From: a virus
Lineage: Duplodnaviria > Caudoviricetes
Length of the DNA: 56,304 bases
IMG/VR virus record: IMGVR_UViG_3300044815_000143
Coordinates: 1-56,304 of that record
Strand: one strand, 5' to 3'
Shown here: positions 10,986-19,688 of the stretch, one piece after another
Layout: each line of letters opens with the position of its first letter
Position numbering within the stretch: the first letter of the stretch is position 1
The notes under the pieces: model-generated
The model's database searches: none
What the model was told of the DNA's origin: nothing
What the model saw: only the letters and a program-made list of their open reading frames with translations
Translations under genes and position numbers: made by a program

Positions 10986-11720
10986 TTACCGGATGGACAT
11001 TCCGTCGTCGTCGAGTTGGTTGCGGGCTTTGAACAGACGTTCCATGTAGCCCAAATTCCGGAGCGATTTGAACGCAAGATTTTCGGTGGCGAACTCGCCT
11101 CCAGCAGCCAATCCGCTCCGGCGCATTACTCTGATACGGGCGAGCATATCATCGATTTGTTCGATGGTCGGATTTCCATCCAAAACGGCATCAATTTCGT
11201 TCGCCAAAGCGTTGGTTTTGGTCACGACGGCGATGTCATCCCACGACGGTTTCTCGGCCTTGGGTTTCACCACCCAGTGGTTTTGCAGGATAGAAAAAAC
11301 ACCGTTCGAATCAACAAGAACCTCCGTGTCCTGCACATACATCTCCACGTCCTGCCCACGCACGGTGACGTTGTGGAGTGTGTTCCAGAGCGTCTTCTTG
11401 GTAGTAAAGAAATTTTCGATCAAGCTTGGGCATGGGGCGCGTTTGTAATCGACGATCAAGTGTACGTCAAGATCGCTCAAATCAGTATAGTTGTAGCTCG
11501 CGTTCGAGCCACAAACAATGATATCTTCCACGTGAAGGTTCGGGAGGTCCATAAACTTGTAGAACGCGACCGAAGCTTTCAACAACTGTTTACGAACCAA
11601 TGGATGGATCGTGTTCTCGTCCTGCCAGAACTTCGGGTTTAGTTCGTCGCGGAAAACGACATACTTGCGGACATCCTCCGGATTTACGTCCTCGGCTTGG
11701 AAAATTTCGGTCGGTTTCAT
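10986..11720 (-). CDS. Pol-beta superfamily nucleotidyltransferase
   Basis: GSNASYNYTDLSDLDVHL (GS...DxD) plus DVEMY; TAAATA 5 nt upstream. Confidence 0.75.
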   Translation of the reverse strand: MKPTEIFQAEDVNPEDVRKYVVFRDELNPKFWQDENTIHPLVRKQLLKASVAFYKFMDLPNLHVEDIIVCGSNASYNYTDLSDLDVHLIVDYKRAPCPSLIENFFTTKKTLWNTLHNVTVRGQDVEMYVQDTEVLVDSNGVFSILQNHWVVKPKAEKPSWDDIAVVTKTNALANEIDAVLDGNPTIEQIDDMLARIRVMRRSGLAAGGEFATENLAFKSLRNLGYMERLFKARNQLDDDGMSIR

Positions 11721-11954
11721 GCGCTTATTTATGAGAAACGGGCCTGTGGATAAAATATGGAAAACTCACTTGATTAATTTCGCAAATCAGCTTATTTTTG
11801 GTTTCGTACACCATATGCAATCGAAAAATGTGGTGAACGAAATTACCCGTTATAATTGGGTGACTCGTTGCCATATTTTATAGATCGCACATTTCGAAGT
11901 CATTTTTGATGAGAACCGCTCCCATGGTGGGGGTGGAAACAAAAGGAAATCGGG

Positions 11955-12758
11955 ATGTCCTCGACCTTTAAATTGACGTTCAACAAGCCTGCCGTCAGGC
12001 AGTTCATCAGCAAGAAAGAGCACGAGACCCGTGGGACGATGGCCAAAGGGCTAGACATCCATCAGGTCGGCGGCATCGCAATGTTCAGGCAAGGCGATCC
12101 GGACGATTGCTCGGTCGTGATGCTCCCGAGGACTCGCGGCGGCTACGAAGCGATCATCGAAGGCACGCAGAGCGCCACGCTGCTCGCCGCGCTCGAAAAC
12201 GGCGATGGGCCGTTCTTCACGCTGGAGCGTGATCCCGACAATAAGGACTGGGTCGCCGCCAAGCCGTGGCCATCCACTGAAGCACCTCCGAAATTCGAGC
12301 CGCACGTTCGGCTCTGGGTCCATGACGGAAGCCACACCTACGTGTCGCCGCTGCGATCCAAGAAGACCAAGCCGAAGGCTCCGAAGGCCAAGGTGAAGGC
12401 CGCTCCGACCATCCCCTACATCGATCAGGTCCGTATGGCCTATCGCAAGCTCAACGAGCCGCGCGGCCCCGGTCGGCCGGGCAATGATCACAAGCAAGCC
12501 AAGGCCGTCGTCGCCAAGTTCGAAACCGAGGCGCGCAAAGCCGCCATCGACAACAAGCTGAACGTCGCTGAGATGTTCGAACTCTACACGATCCTCGGGT
12601 CGCTGTTCGAGACTATCGACCCGACCGGCAAGAAGCGCGTGGCCGTCGAAGGCGTGGCCGAGGCTGTCGCCAAGATCGAAACCCACGTCAATGTCATCGG
12701 CAAGGGCGTTCGTCGCAAAGAGCGACGCGTTCCAACCGAAGAGATGCACGCGGCCTGA
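11955..12758 (+). CDS. Hypothetical protein with Lys/Pro-rich linker
   Basis: AAGGA RBS; 267 aa; followed by a terminator-like hairpin. Confidence 0.75.
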   Translation: MSSTFKLTFNKPAVRQFISKKEHETRGTMAKGLDIHQVGGIAMFRQGDPDDCSVVMLPRTRGGYEAIIEGTQSATLLAALENGDGPFFTLERDPDNKDWVAAKPWPSTEAPPKFEPHVRLWVHDGSHTYVSPLRSKKTKPKAPKAKVKAAPTIPYIDQVRMAYRKLNEPRGPGRPGNDHKQAKAVVAKFETEARKAAIDNKLNVAEMFELYTILGSLFETIDPTGKKRVAVEGVAEAVAKIETHVNVIGKGVRRKERRVPTEEMHAA

Positions 12759-12766
12759 ATACCCAA

Positions 12767-12790
12767 CCCCCGGCTCCGGCCGGGGGCTTT
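12767..12790 (+). terminator. Probable intrinsic terminator
   Basis: CCCCCGGC-TCCG-GCCGGGGG followed by CTTT. Confidence 0.6.
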
Positions 12791-12846
12791 ACCCTTGCGG
12801 ACAATTGCGATTTGGATTACGATAATCTCAGACAATCATGTCGGGG

Positions 12847-13419
12847 ATGAAAATGACCAAATTGCTGGGCGCAGTCGCCCTCGTCGCGCTCGGCCTCGCC
12901 GCCTGCTCGCCGCAAGAAGTCGCGATGCAGCAAGCCGCTGCCAACGCTGCCAATCGCAGCGCGTACATCGCCAAGAACAGCCTCGACTTCAACAATTACG
13001 ACCGGCGCCAGCGCCTGAGCGACAACCCGTCCACCATCGTCTGGTGTACGGCGGTCTTCTCGCAACCGGGCGCGCCGATGATCACCGTTCCCATCGTCGG
13101 AAAGCTGACCTCCGGCGGTAAGCGACCCTTCGCGGCCTCGGATGGAACGGCTGGACCCGATGGAATGTATGGCCCGTCTGGAGACTATCGCTACGGTTTC
13201 ACGCCGGGCGGCAACATGGTCGAGTTCACCGGCATCGCCACTTTCTGCACCACCGAGCCGACCGTGTGGCAGAAAGAAAAGACGACCTTGGTCATCGAGA
13301 CCGATCAAACCCTCAAAGCGGCTGCTGACCAAGCGAGCGAGCATCTGAGCCGCGCCACGGCCGCCGGGCGCGCCAACGCGGACAAGGCCCTGAGCGCCGC
13401 CGTTGGAGTTCCCCAATGA
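12847..13419 (+). CDS. Putative lipoprotein
   Basis: Signal peptide with LAAC lipobox. Confidence 0.75.
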   Translation: MKMTKLLGAVALVALGLAACSPQEVAMQQAAANAANRSAYIAKNSLDFNNYDRRQRLSDNPSTIVWCTAVFSQPGAPMITVPIVGKLTSGGKRPFAASDGTAGPDGMYGPSGDYRYGFTPGGNMVEFTGIATFCTTEPTVWQKEKTTLVIETDQTLKAAADQASEHLSRATAAGRANADKALSAAVGVPQ

Positions 13420-13799
13420 AGACCGTCTCTATCATCGTTCTGTTCTTCGTCGGCATCATCCTGCTGGGCTTCGCCTTCGGCTGGATCGGAACGGGGGCGG
13501 ACATCGTCTCCCCGGCGAACGTCAAGAAACAATGGGCGGAAGCCTATCGCAACGACACCGCCCTGAAGGCTTCGGCCCTGAACGTCTGCGGAGCCGAAAA
13601 GCTCGTGGCAGGCGCGACCTCGGATGCCGAGCGTATCGCCCGCCAGTCGCAACTGAGCGCCTACGAGCAGAACTATGCTCGCATCGCCTCGGACTATGAC
13701 GCGGCCGTCAGCAATGCGTTCGAGGCGAAGTTCGTCAAGCCGGGTGATCTGCCGATCCAAGCGCCGACGTTGGCCCATGCCAAAGCGGCCTGCGAATGA
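13416..13799 (+). CDS. Membrane-anchored protein
   Basis: N-terminal hydrophobic helix; ATGA overlap. Confidence 0.75.
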   Translation: MKTVSIIVLFFVGIILLGFAFGWIGTGADIVSPANVKKQWAEAYRNDTALKASALNVCGAEKLVAGATSDAERIARQSQLSAYEQNYARIASDYDAAVSNAFEAKFVKPGDLPIQAPTLAHAKAACE

Positions 13800-14074
13800 A
13801 ACCCATCGCCATCGGGGCGGTTCTGTGTGTTCTGGGCACAGGGGGTTTAATCGCCTCCTGCGCGCCACAAGTCACACAGGCCCAGCGTGAGCAATGGGCT
13901 CTGCAAGATGCGGTGGCGCGCTCGAACGTCATCCGATCCTGTAAGAACGGCGTTCTGCTGGGTCAGGACCCTCAGTCCGACCGCTATACGATGATCCAGT
14001 TGACGCGCAATGGGATCATCCGTAGCTGGGTTCCGGACGAGGTTGGAAAGAACCCCACGTCGTTCTGTGAATAA
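13796..14074 (+). CDS. Putative small lipoprotein
   Basis: Hydrophobic N-terminus ending IASC; ATGA overlap. Confidence 0.65.
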   Translation: MKPIAIGAVLCVLGTGGLIASCAPQVTQAQREQWALQDAVARSNVIRSCKNGVLLGQDPQSDRYTMIQLTRNGIIRSWVPDEVGKNPTSFCE

Positions 14075-14079
14075 GCTAG

Positions 14080-14109
14080 TTGACGAAACATAACTGGTGT
14101 GAGTAAATA
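14080..14109 (+). promoter_or_regulatory. Promoter of the tRNA-Arg locus (TTGACG -35; GTAAAT/TAAATA -10)
   Basis: TTGACG 14080-14085, 17-18 nt spacer, TAAATA 14104-14109, ATG 5 nt later. Confidence 0.7.
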
Positions 14110-14114
14110 GGACT

Positions 14115-14147
14115 ATGACCTACACCATTTCGAGACGCAGGCGTTAA
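14115..14147 (+). CDS. Putative Arg-sensing leader peptide MTYTISRRRR
   Basis: ATG ACC TAC ACC ATT TCG AGA CGC AGG CGT TAA, directly upstream of two Arg tRNA/tRNA-like genes. Confidence 0.6.
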   Translation: MTYTISRRRR

Positions 14148-14213
14148 TCGCCCCTTCAGCCCAAGCCACAGGTTTGGGCTCGTCTTCGTTCAGGTCTATT
14201 CCCGCATACTTAC

Positions 14214-14301
14214 GACCCGTGTCCCGGCAACTGCCTTCTAAGCAGTTGACATTAAAGCGCTGGAAGGAAGTCGAGAGGTTCGATCCCTCCACGGGTCTCC
14301 A
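14214..14301 (+). tRNA. Non-canonical (D-armless) tRNA-Arg(UCU)-like RNA
   Basis: Acceptor GACCCGT/ACGGGTC + T + CCA; anticodon arm CAACTGC-CTTCTAA-GCAGTTG; T-arm GAGG-TTCGATC-CCTC; only 7 nt between acceptor and anticodon stems. Confidence 0.65.
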
Positions 14302-14317
14302 GTATTAGGAATCCGAC

Positions 14318-14470
14318 ATGAACGTCACCGAACAAGAGTTCAGAGAAGCCGTGGATGAAGCCTACGGTCTCGTTGAACCATATATCGTCGGGGCCAAGAA
14401 AGTTCCGATCCGTGTCGTCACCCTCCGGCGAATTGTCGAGGGCCTGAAACTTGGCTACAAGCTCCCATAG
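14318..14470 (+). CDS. Small hypothetical protein (50 aa) between the tRNAs
   Basis: AGGA RBS; MNVTEQEFREAVDEAYGLVEPY...GYKLP; stop codon lies inside the 5' end of tRNA-Arg(CCU). Confidence 0.55.
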   Translation: MNVTEQEFREAVDEAYGLVEPYIVGAKKVPIRVVTLRRIVEGLKLGYKLP

Positions 14471-14537
14471 CTCAGACGGATAGAGCGTTCGTTTCCTAAA
14501 CGAGAGGTCGCAGGTTCGAGTCCTGCTGGGGGCGCCA
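14461..14537 (+). tRNA. tRNA-Arg(CCU)
   Basis: Canonical cloverleaf GCTCCCA...TGGGGGC-G-CCA; anticodon loop TT-CCT-AA; GGTTCGAGTCC T-arm. Confidence 0.95.
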
Positions 14538-14697
14538 AAATATTTATTTTGCATCTACAGTGACTTAACATCAATGACACAATTTGAACACTATTGTGAC
14601 ACAAAAGTTTAACGATATTAAGTACTTAAAACAATAAAAAGCATAGCTCACGACTAAATACAGACATCGTTCAGTATCTGTATTTGGGGTGGCGACC

Positions 14698-15798
14698 ATG
14701 CTTTCTAAGAAATCGAAAATTCTATTTGTATTGAAGTTCCGTGAAACACCGGGCGGCGATTATTCCTATTCTGCTGGATGGGGTGATGGCAAAGGAAAGT
14801 TCCTGCATAGCGGGCTCTACAACAGCGCCAACATGGTCCACACCATGCTCAAGGAGCAGGGTTACGACACCAAACTGGTCCACGTCATCGACAACAACGC
14901 GATCCACAAAGAGATCGTCAAGTTCGGCGCCACGCACGTCGTGATCGAAGCGTTCTGGGTTGTCCCGTCCAAGTTCGACGAACTGTTCCGGGTCTGCCCA
15001 AATGTCAAGTTCATCATCCGTAACCATTCTGAGTCACCATTCCTCGCCAACGAGGGCATGGCGTTTGAATGGACCATGAAGTACGTCGATAAGCCCAACG
15101 TCATCATGTCCTGCAACGCGCCGCGCATGGTCGAAGAAACCCGCTTCCTCGTCCAGACCAAGTACCCCCATTGGTCCCGCAAAGAGGTGGAGCATAAGGT
15201 TCCGCACCTACCGAACTATTATCCGGTCTCCAAGGATCACAAAAATCCCGGATTTTGGATTCGCGGGGACAACACTGTCCACATCGGCTGTTTCGGAGCG
15301 ATCCGCCCGCTGAAGGCGCACATCACCCAAGCCATCGGCGCTCTAAAATTCGCCGAAGACAAGGGCATGAAACTGAAATTCCACATCAACGGCGGCCGGA
15401 TTGAAATGAACGGAGCCCCAATCCTGAAGAACCTGAGGGCGATTTTCGACGAGTATGCGGGTAAGCACGAGCTTGTCGAGCACGCTTGGATGGCCCACGA
15501 TCAATTCAAGGCGTTGGTGGGCCGTATGGACTTGGTGACGCAGGTATCCTTCTCCGAGACCTTCAACATCGTAGCGGCCGACGCAATCACCCAAGGCGTG
15601 CCCACGATCACCTCCAAGGAAATTTCATGGTCATCGTGCCTGTTCAGGGCTGATCCGACCGAAAGCAATGACATCGCCAATAAGATGGGGCGGGCCTATT
15701 GGGCGCACCGCAATTTCACGTGGTTCAATCCGAGCCGCAAGGGCCTGATCCGTTATAACGCCAATAGCGTCAAGAAATGGACTTCTTATTTCGACTAG
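14698..15798 (+). CDS. Glycosyltransferase (GT-B/GT4-like)
   Basis: GCFGAIRPLK and SFSETFNIVAADAITQGVPTI motifs; TAAATA at 14655-14660. Confidence 0.75.
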   Translation: MLSKKSKILFVLKFRETPGGDYSYSAGWGDGKGKFLHSGLYNSANMVHTMLKEQGYDTKLVHVIDNNAIHKEIVKFGATHVVIEAFWVVPSKFDELFRVCPNVKFIIRNHSESPFLANEGMAFEWTMKYVDKPNVIMSCNAPRMVEETRFLVQTKYPHWSRKEVEHKVPHLPNYYPVSKDHKNPGFWIRGDNTVHIGCFGAIRPLKAHITQAIGALKFAEDKGMKLKFHINGGRIEMNGAPILKNLRAIFDEYAGKHELVEHAWMAHDQFKALVGRMDLVTQVSFSETFNIVAADAITQGVPTITSKEISWSSCLFRADPTESNDIANKMGRAYWAHRNFTWFNPSRKGLIRYNANSVKKWTSYFD

Positions 15799-15803
15799 AC
15801 CGA

Positions 15804-16109
15804 TCAGAATTCGAGCTTCGTCCCGTGCGGGAAGAATAGCTTGATCAGATCGCCCGTGTCGCACGGGTGGCGATACTTCACCACCATCAGATCACCATCG
15901 TCGATGGCTTCCTGAATGACTTCCAAGATCGCATAGGACAGGTCCATCCCGATGCTGTCCAGCGAACCAGTCCCGGCGCTATGGGCGTGATCCAAGACCA
16001 GCCCGAACATCTGGTGTTCGGTGATGAAAGCCTTGCCGTGGACGGCGGAAACGAATTCCCGCGTGATGACTGCCCGGAGCTTGGCCCGATCCTCAAGTGA
16101 TCCGATCAC
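15804..16109 (-). CDS. Hypothetical protein
   Basis: GTGA overlap with the HD gene. Confidence 0.6.
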   Translation of the reverse strand: MIGSLEDRAKLRAVITREFVSAVHGKAFITEHQMFGLVLDHAHSAGTGSLDSIGMDLSYAILEVIQEAIDDGDLMVVKYRHPCDTGDLIKLFFPHGTKLEF

Positions 16110-16762
16110 TCGGTCTTCTCCCAGTGCTCGTGCATGGCCTTGATGATGTCGATCTGGCCGGTGAGGACATGCTTGATGTTCTCGTAGGCCATGGCCTGTT
16201 GCGGAAAGTTCCGCTTGGCTTTCTTCAGCATCGGCAGGAACAGCCGCTCGCCTTCACCGATATAGTCTTTCTGTTTGACCAGCTTGAACACACGGATCAT
16301 CGATTGGAAATTGTGGTTCCGGTCGCAGAGCTTGGCGATGGAGGCCACTGGGTCTTCGCTCATCGCGTCGAACAGGATGTCTTCGTCCTTCTTCACGCCG
16401 CGCCATTCCTTGGTCATGTTCTCGACGGCCCGCGAGACTCGGTCGGTGAACAGGCCCGGATTGAACAGCGAACGGATTTCCGCATCCGTGATTCCGTAGT
16501 CCTCGCGAACATCATGACACATGATGGTGGCGATGATTTCTTCGCGGTGCAACAAGCCCGGCAGGGTCAGCGCATAGAGCGCGATGCTGATCGGATGATC
16601 GAACTCCGGCGTGTAGCCGTCTTTCCGCGTCCCGATGTGATGCTTGGCGGCGAACTCCAGCGCAATCTGCGCATTGAAGTAGCCCGCACCCGCGAGATAT
16701 TGGCGAAGGGTCAGAACCTTCTTCTTGAATTCCTTGACGGCTTTGATTTTGACATCTTCCAT
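16106..16762 (-). CDS. RelA/SpoT-type HD hydrolase (small alarmone hydrolase/Mesh1-like)
   Basis: FAAKHH..TRKDG.TP..DHP, CHDVRED, MTK, KLCDRNHN motifs. Confidence 0.8.
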   Translation of the reverse strand: MEDVKIKAVKEFKKKVLTLRQYLAGAGYFNAQIALEFAAKHHIGTRKDGYTPEFDHPISIALYALTLPGLLHREEIIATIMCHDVREDYGITDAEIRSLFNPGLFTDRVSRAVENMTKEWRGVKKDEDILFDAMSEDPVASIAKLCDRNHNFQSMIRVFKLVKQKDYIGEGERLFLPMLKKAKRNFPQQAMAYENIKHVLTGQIDIIKAMHEHWEKTE

Positions 16763-16921
16763 ACTCTTAGCTTAGGTGACTACAGCACAGTTTGCAAGTC
16801 TGTTATTTCTCTGGAACCTGTTCGCCACAGATTTCTGCATAATATCTGAAAAAGAGGTATAGATGGGTTGACATTCATCTATACTGTGATACTGTGTCCT
16901 TCTCGAACAACGGAGATGGCC

Positions 16922-17335
16922 ATGCACTTCGAAGGTTACCACAGCGAAACGGCTCTGCCCTTCAAGCGTGGCCAAAAGGTCGTGATCCCGGCCGGTGTGC
17001 TCGTTCGCACGATGCACCCGTCGCGTGACGAATACACCACCAAGCGCGCCCAAACCGTGACCATCGACCACATCCTGTGCGGCCAATCGGTCAGCAACTA
17101 CATCGCCTACGGCGACAAGGACTACTACCGGCCGCTGGTCGAAAAGGGCTTCGATTTCAGCGAGATCGAGCGCTTGCGCGCCGAGAACGCGCCGGAATAC
17201 TACAACGGCAAGGTCGCCATCGAAAATCCTAAGGTCTCGTGGGCTGGGGCGGGCGGTTACTGGTGTCGCGTGGACATCAACGCCATCCTGCAAGCCAACG
17301 GCATCATCGTCTGCACGTGCGAACCCGCCGAATGA
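16922..17335 (+). CDS. Hypothetical protein
   Basis: TTGACA-N-GATACT promoter near 16868; GGAG RBS. Confidence 0.7.
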   Translation: MHFEGYHSETALPFKRGQKVVIPAGVLVRTMHPSRDEYTTKRAQTVTIDHILCGQSVSNYIAYGDKDYYRPLVEKGFDFSEIERLRAENAPEYYNGKVAIENPKVSWAGAGGYWCRVDINAILQANGIIVCTCEPAE

Positions 17336-17637
17336 TCATTTACCATTACGCGAAGCTCTACCTCATGCGGTTTTTCTTCCGCGCCAAGTATCACTCGGCT
17401 CGGAAGAAATTGACCGTCATCGTCACAAAGCTCGATGATGGTTTGGCGACGACGGCTAGCTGCATCAAGGACATGCGCGATCTTCTGGAAGAGGCCGAAA
17501 CCGAGCTTACTGCCGGAGAACGTGTGGAAATCTGCAATAGCATCGCGCGCATGATTATCCAGCGCAACGAAATCGTGATCTCGCGCGACGAAATCGCCAA
17601 GCATCGCGAAAAACTCGAATTCAACGTTCGGAGATAG
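17332..17637 (+). CDS. Hypothetical protein
   Basis: ATGA overlap with upstream stop. Confidence 0.6.
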   Translation: MIIYHYAKLYLMRFFFRAKYHSARKKLTVIVTKLDDGLATTASCIKDMRDLLEEAETELTAGERVEICNSIARMIIQRNEIVISRDEIAKHREKLEFNVRR

Positions 17638-17641
17638 AGAA

Positions 17642-18209
17642 ATGAATTTTCACGGCATCGGATCGCGCCTGTCGCGGCCCGCCAACTGGGAGGGCGCTCG
17701 TAACGTCAAGCAAACTGCCGACCGCGCGGAAACCCTGCTGTACCTCCTGAACACGTCCGGTCAGGTCGAGACCCTGACCCGCGCTCTGGACGAGTCCGAG
17801 GCAAACGACATTCCGCTCTGGCTAGTTCTGGCCCGTAATCCGAAGGAACGGATGATCGGCTCGATCTCCAGCAACACCATCGACCTGATCAATCGCGGCC
17901 TGCGCGCCGCGCCCGCCGACATTCTCGATGGCGTGATCGCGAACGAAGCCGTAGATGCGCTCGACGGCGTGATCGCGAACCTGTTCGCCAGCGTCGTCGC
18001 CCATCGTCACGATGAACTGACGAACGGCATCGCGTTCATGAGCCGCGTGGTCGAGCACGCCAAGAAAACCCACAACACCGGAACGTTCGTCTACGAACGC
18101 GCTCTGGCCAAAATGGGGCGCGATCTTCGCCTGTCCCGCCCATGACCAGCGCGAACTGGCCGTGCTGCAAGGCAACGCCATGGTCGCCCAACTATCGGAG
18201 GCGCAATGA
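17642..18209 (+). CDS. Hypothetical protein (apparent +1 frameshift near 18135-18141)
   Basis: ORF 17642-18145; removing one C extends it by HDQRELAVLQGNAMVAQLSEAQ to a TGA overlapping the next ATG. Confidence 0.6.
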
Positions 18210-18563
18210 CCGAAGAACCCAAATGGCGCAAAGGCCTCACGCCTGAGCAGGCGTTGGCCAAGGCCACCGAAATCCTCTCGATGATGCCGACCGATCAGGT
18301 TGACCGCATCATCTTCCTGCTCGACCAGAACCGTGATGAGCCTCGCTTTAATGGCCACCCCGGCTACGAAGGAGACCCCGGCCTTGAAGGATAACAGCGA
18401 AGCTCGCACGGTCATCCGGGACGATGTCCCGGTGCGGACCTTCATGCGGGAAGAAACCTTTCACGCCGCCAATGCCGCATGGCTGGCGGTCAACATGAAG
18501 GATGACGAGAGCGCGACCCACTGGTATGCTCGGGCGTGCAGGAGTGGGATCACGTTCGCCTAG
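18206..18563 (+). CDS. Hypothetical protein (apparent +1 frameshift at C4 near 18376-18379)
   Basis: ORFs 18206-18394 and 18300-18563 fuse on removal of one C. Confidence 0.55.
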
Positions 18564-18622
18564 TTGCAAAACGAGGCGAATCATCCCATACCAAAAGTAG
18601 TTCTTCTGTTCGGGGTCAAGAC

Positions 18623-19519
18623 ATGCTTCTGGAAATGGCTATCGGTGACGCTTTCGGCGCCGCATTTGAATTCGTCACGCCTCAGGCCCAAAAAGAGGCG
18701 GGTCTGATAAACGATGGGCGGACGTTCCAGAACAATCCGCAAATCCCCATCGGTGGCGGGCGCTACACCGATGACACTCAGATGGCTCTGGCGATGGCCG
18801 AACAAATGGTCCATGGCGTTCCGCTGACGCGGGAGCTTTTCTTCGAGAAAGTTTTCAACACCTTCCACCGCGACCCCCGTGAGGGTTATGGGACGAAAAC
18901 GGGCAACATCCTGCGGATCAGCAAAGACCCGGATGACTTCCAGTTCCGGATGTCGGGTGAAGAGGTTTCGAGTCGGTCTGGAGCCGCCATGCGGTCTGGT
19001 CCGTTCGGACTTTATTCGAGCACCACCGAAGTCATCGAACTGTCCACCCGCCAAGCCTCGTTCACGCACGACACCGAGGAAGGCCGTGAGGGCGCCAAGG
19101 CTGTCGCGCTGATGACGCACTACTTCGCCTACGACCTCGGCCCCAAGGCCCGTCTGGGAGCGTTCCTAGAGGACTTGACCGATGTCTATGCGTGGAACTC
19201 GCCGTGGGAATCGTGGGTGTCGTACTACGCTCACCCGGTGGTTTCGGCGGCGATCACGGCGGTGACCAACTCGCGGAGCATGACGGAGGTGTTCAAGAAC
19301 AGCGTGGCCTTCGGCGGTGACGTGGACACTGTTGCGGCCATTGCCAGTTTCGCGGCCAGCCTGTCACCAGAGATCGAGAACGACATCGACCTCAATCTTT
19401 ACGACATGCTGGAAGATGGACCGTTCGGATCGAGATATCTGACTACTATCGACGAACAACTCGCCGAGTTCGCGCGGACGCAGGGCGCCAAGGTCTTCAC
19501 TCGGATTCGGGCTTCCTAA
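18623..19519 (+). CDS. ADP-ribosylglycohydrolase (DraG/ARH family)
   Basis: AIGDAFGAAFE, YTDDTQM, GAAMR, TH, GGDVDT motifs. Confidence 0.9.
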   Translation: MLLEMAIGDAFGAAFEFVTPQAQKEAGLINDGRTFQNNPQIPIGGGRYTDDTQMALAMAEQMVHGVPLTRELFFEKVFNTFHRDPREGYGTKTGNILRISKDPDDFQFRMSGEEVSSRSGAAMRSGPFGLYSSTTEVIELSTRQASFTHDTEEGREGAKAVALMTHYFAYDLGPKARLGAFLEDLTDVYAWNSPWESWVSYYAHPVVSAAITAVTNSRSMTEVFKNSVAFGGDVDTVAAIASFAASLSPEIENDIDLNLYDMLEDGPFGSRYLTTIDEQLAEFARTQGAKVFTRIRAS

Positions 19520-19688
19520 GGGCCGCCATCTGCGGAGCCGATAGACGGCCTCCTTTGGCTAGTTTGGCCGTCGCGGTGCAGGGAATGCACCGGACGCGCC
19601 AAGTCTTCTGGAAACGTTCGAAATAGCCAGCATCGGCTTCGACATAGGTGTTGCACTCCCGGCAATGGCCGGGGAACTTGTTTCTCAT
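19497..19688 (-). CDS. Small zinc-ribbon protein
   Basis: MRNKFPGHCREC...RCIPC. Confidence 0.6.
   Translation of the reverse strand: MRNKFPGHCRECNTYVEADAGYFERFQKTWRVRCIPCTATAKLAKGGRLSAPQMAALRKPESE

Noticed and set aside
12847-13799. Lipoprotein plus membrane protein as a spanin pair
   Set aside because: Order is reversed, the promoter is early-type, and no holin or endolysin is adjacent
14252-14554. 100-aa minus-strand ORF
   Set aside because: Antisense to the tRNA genes
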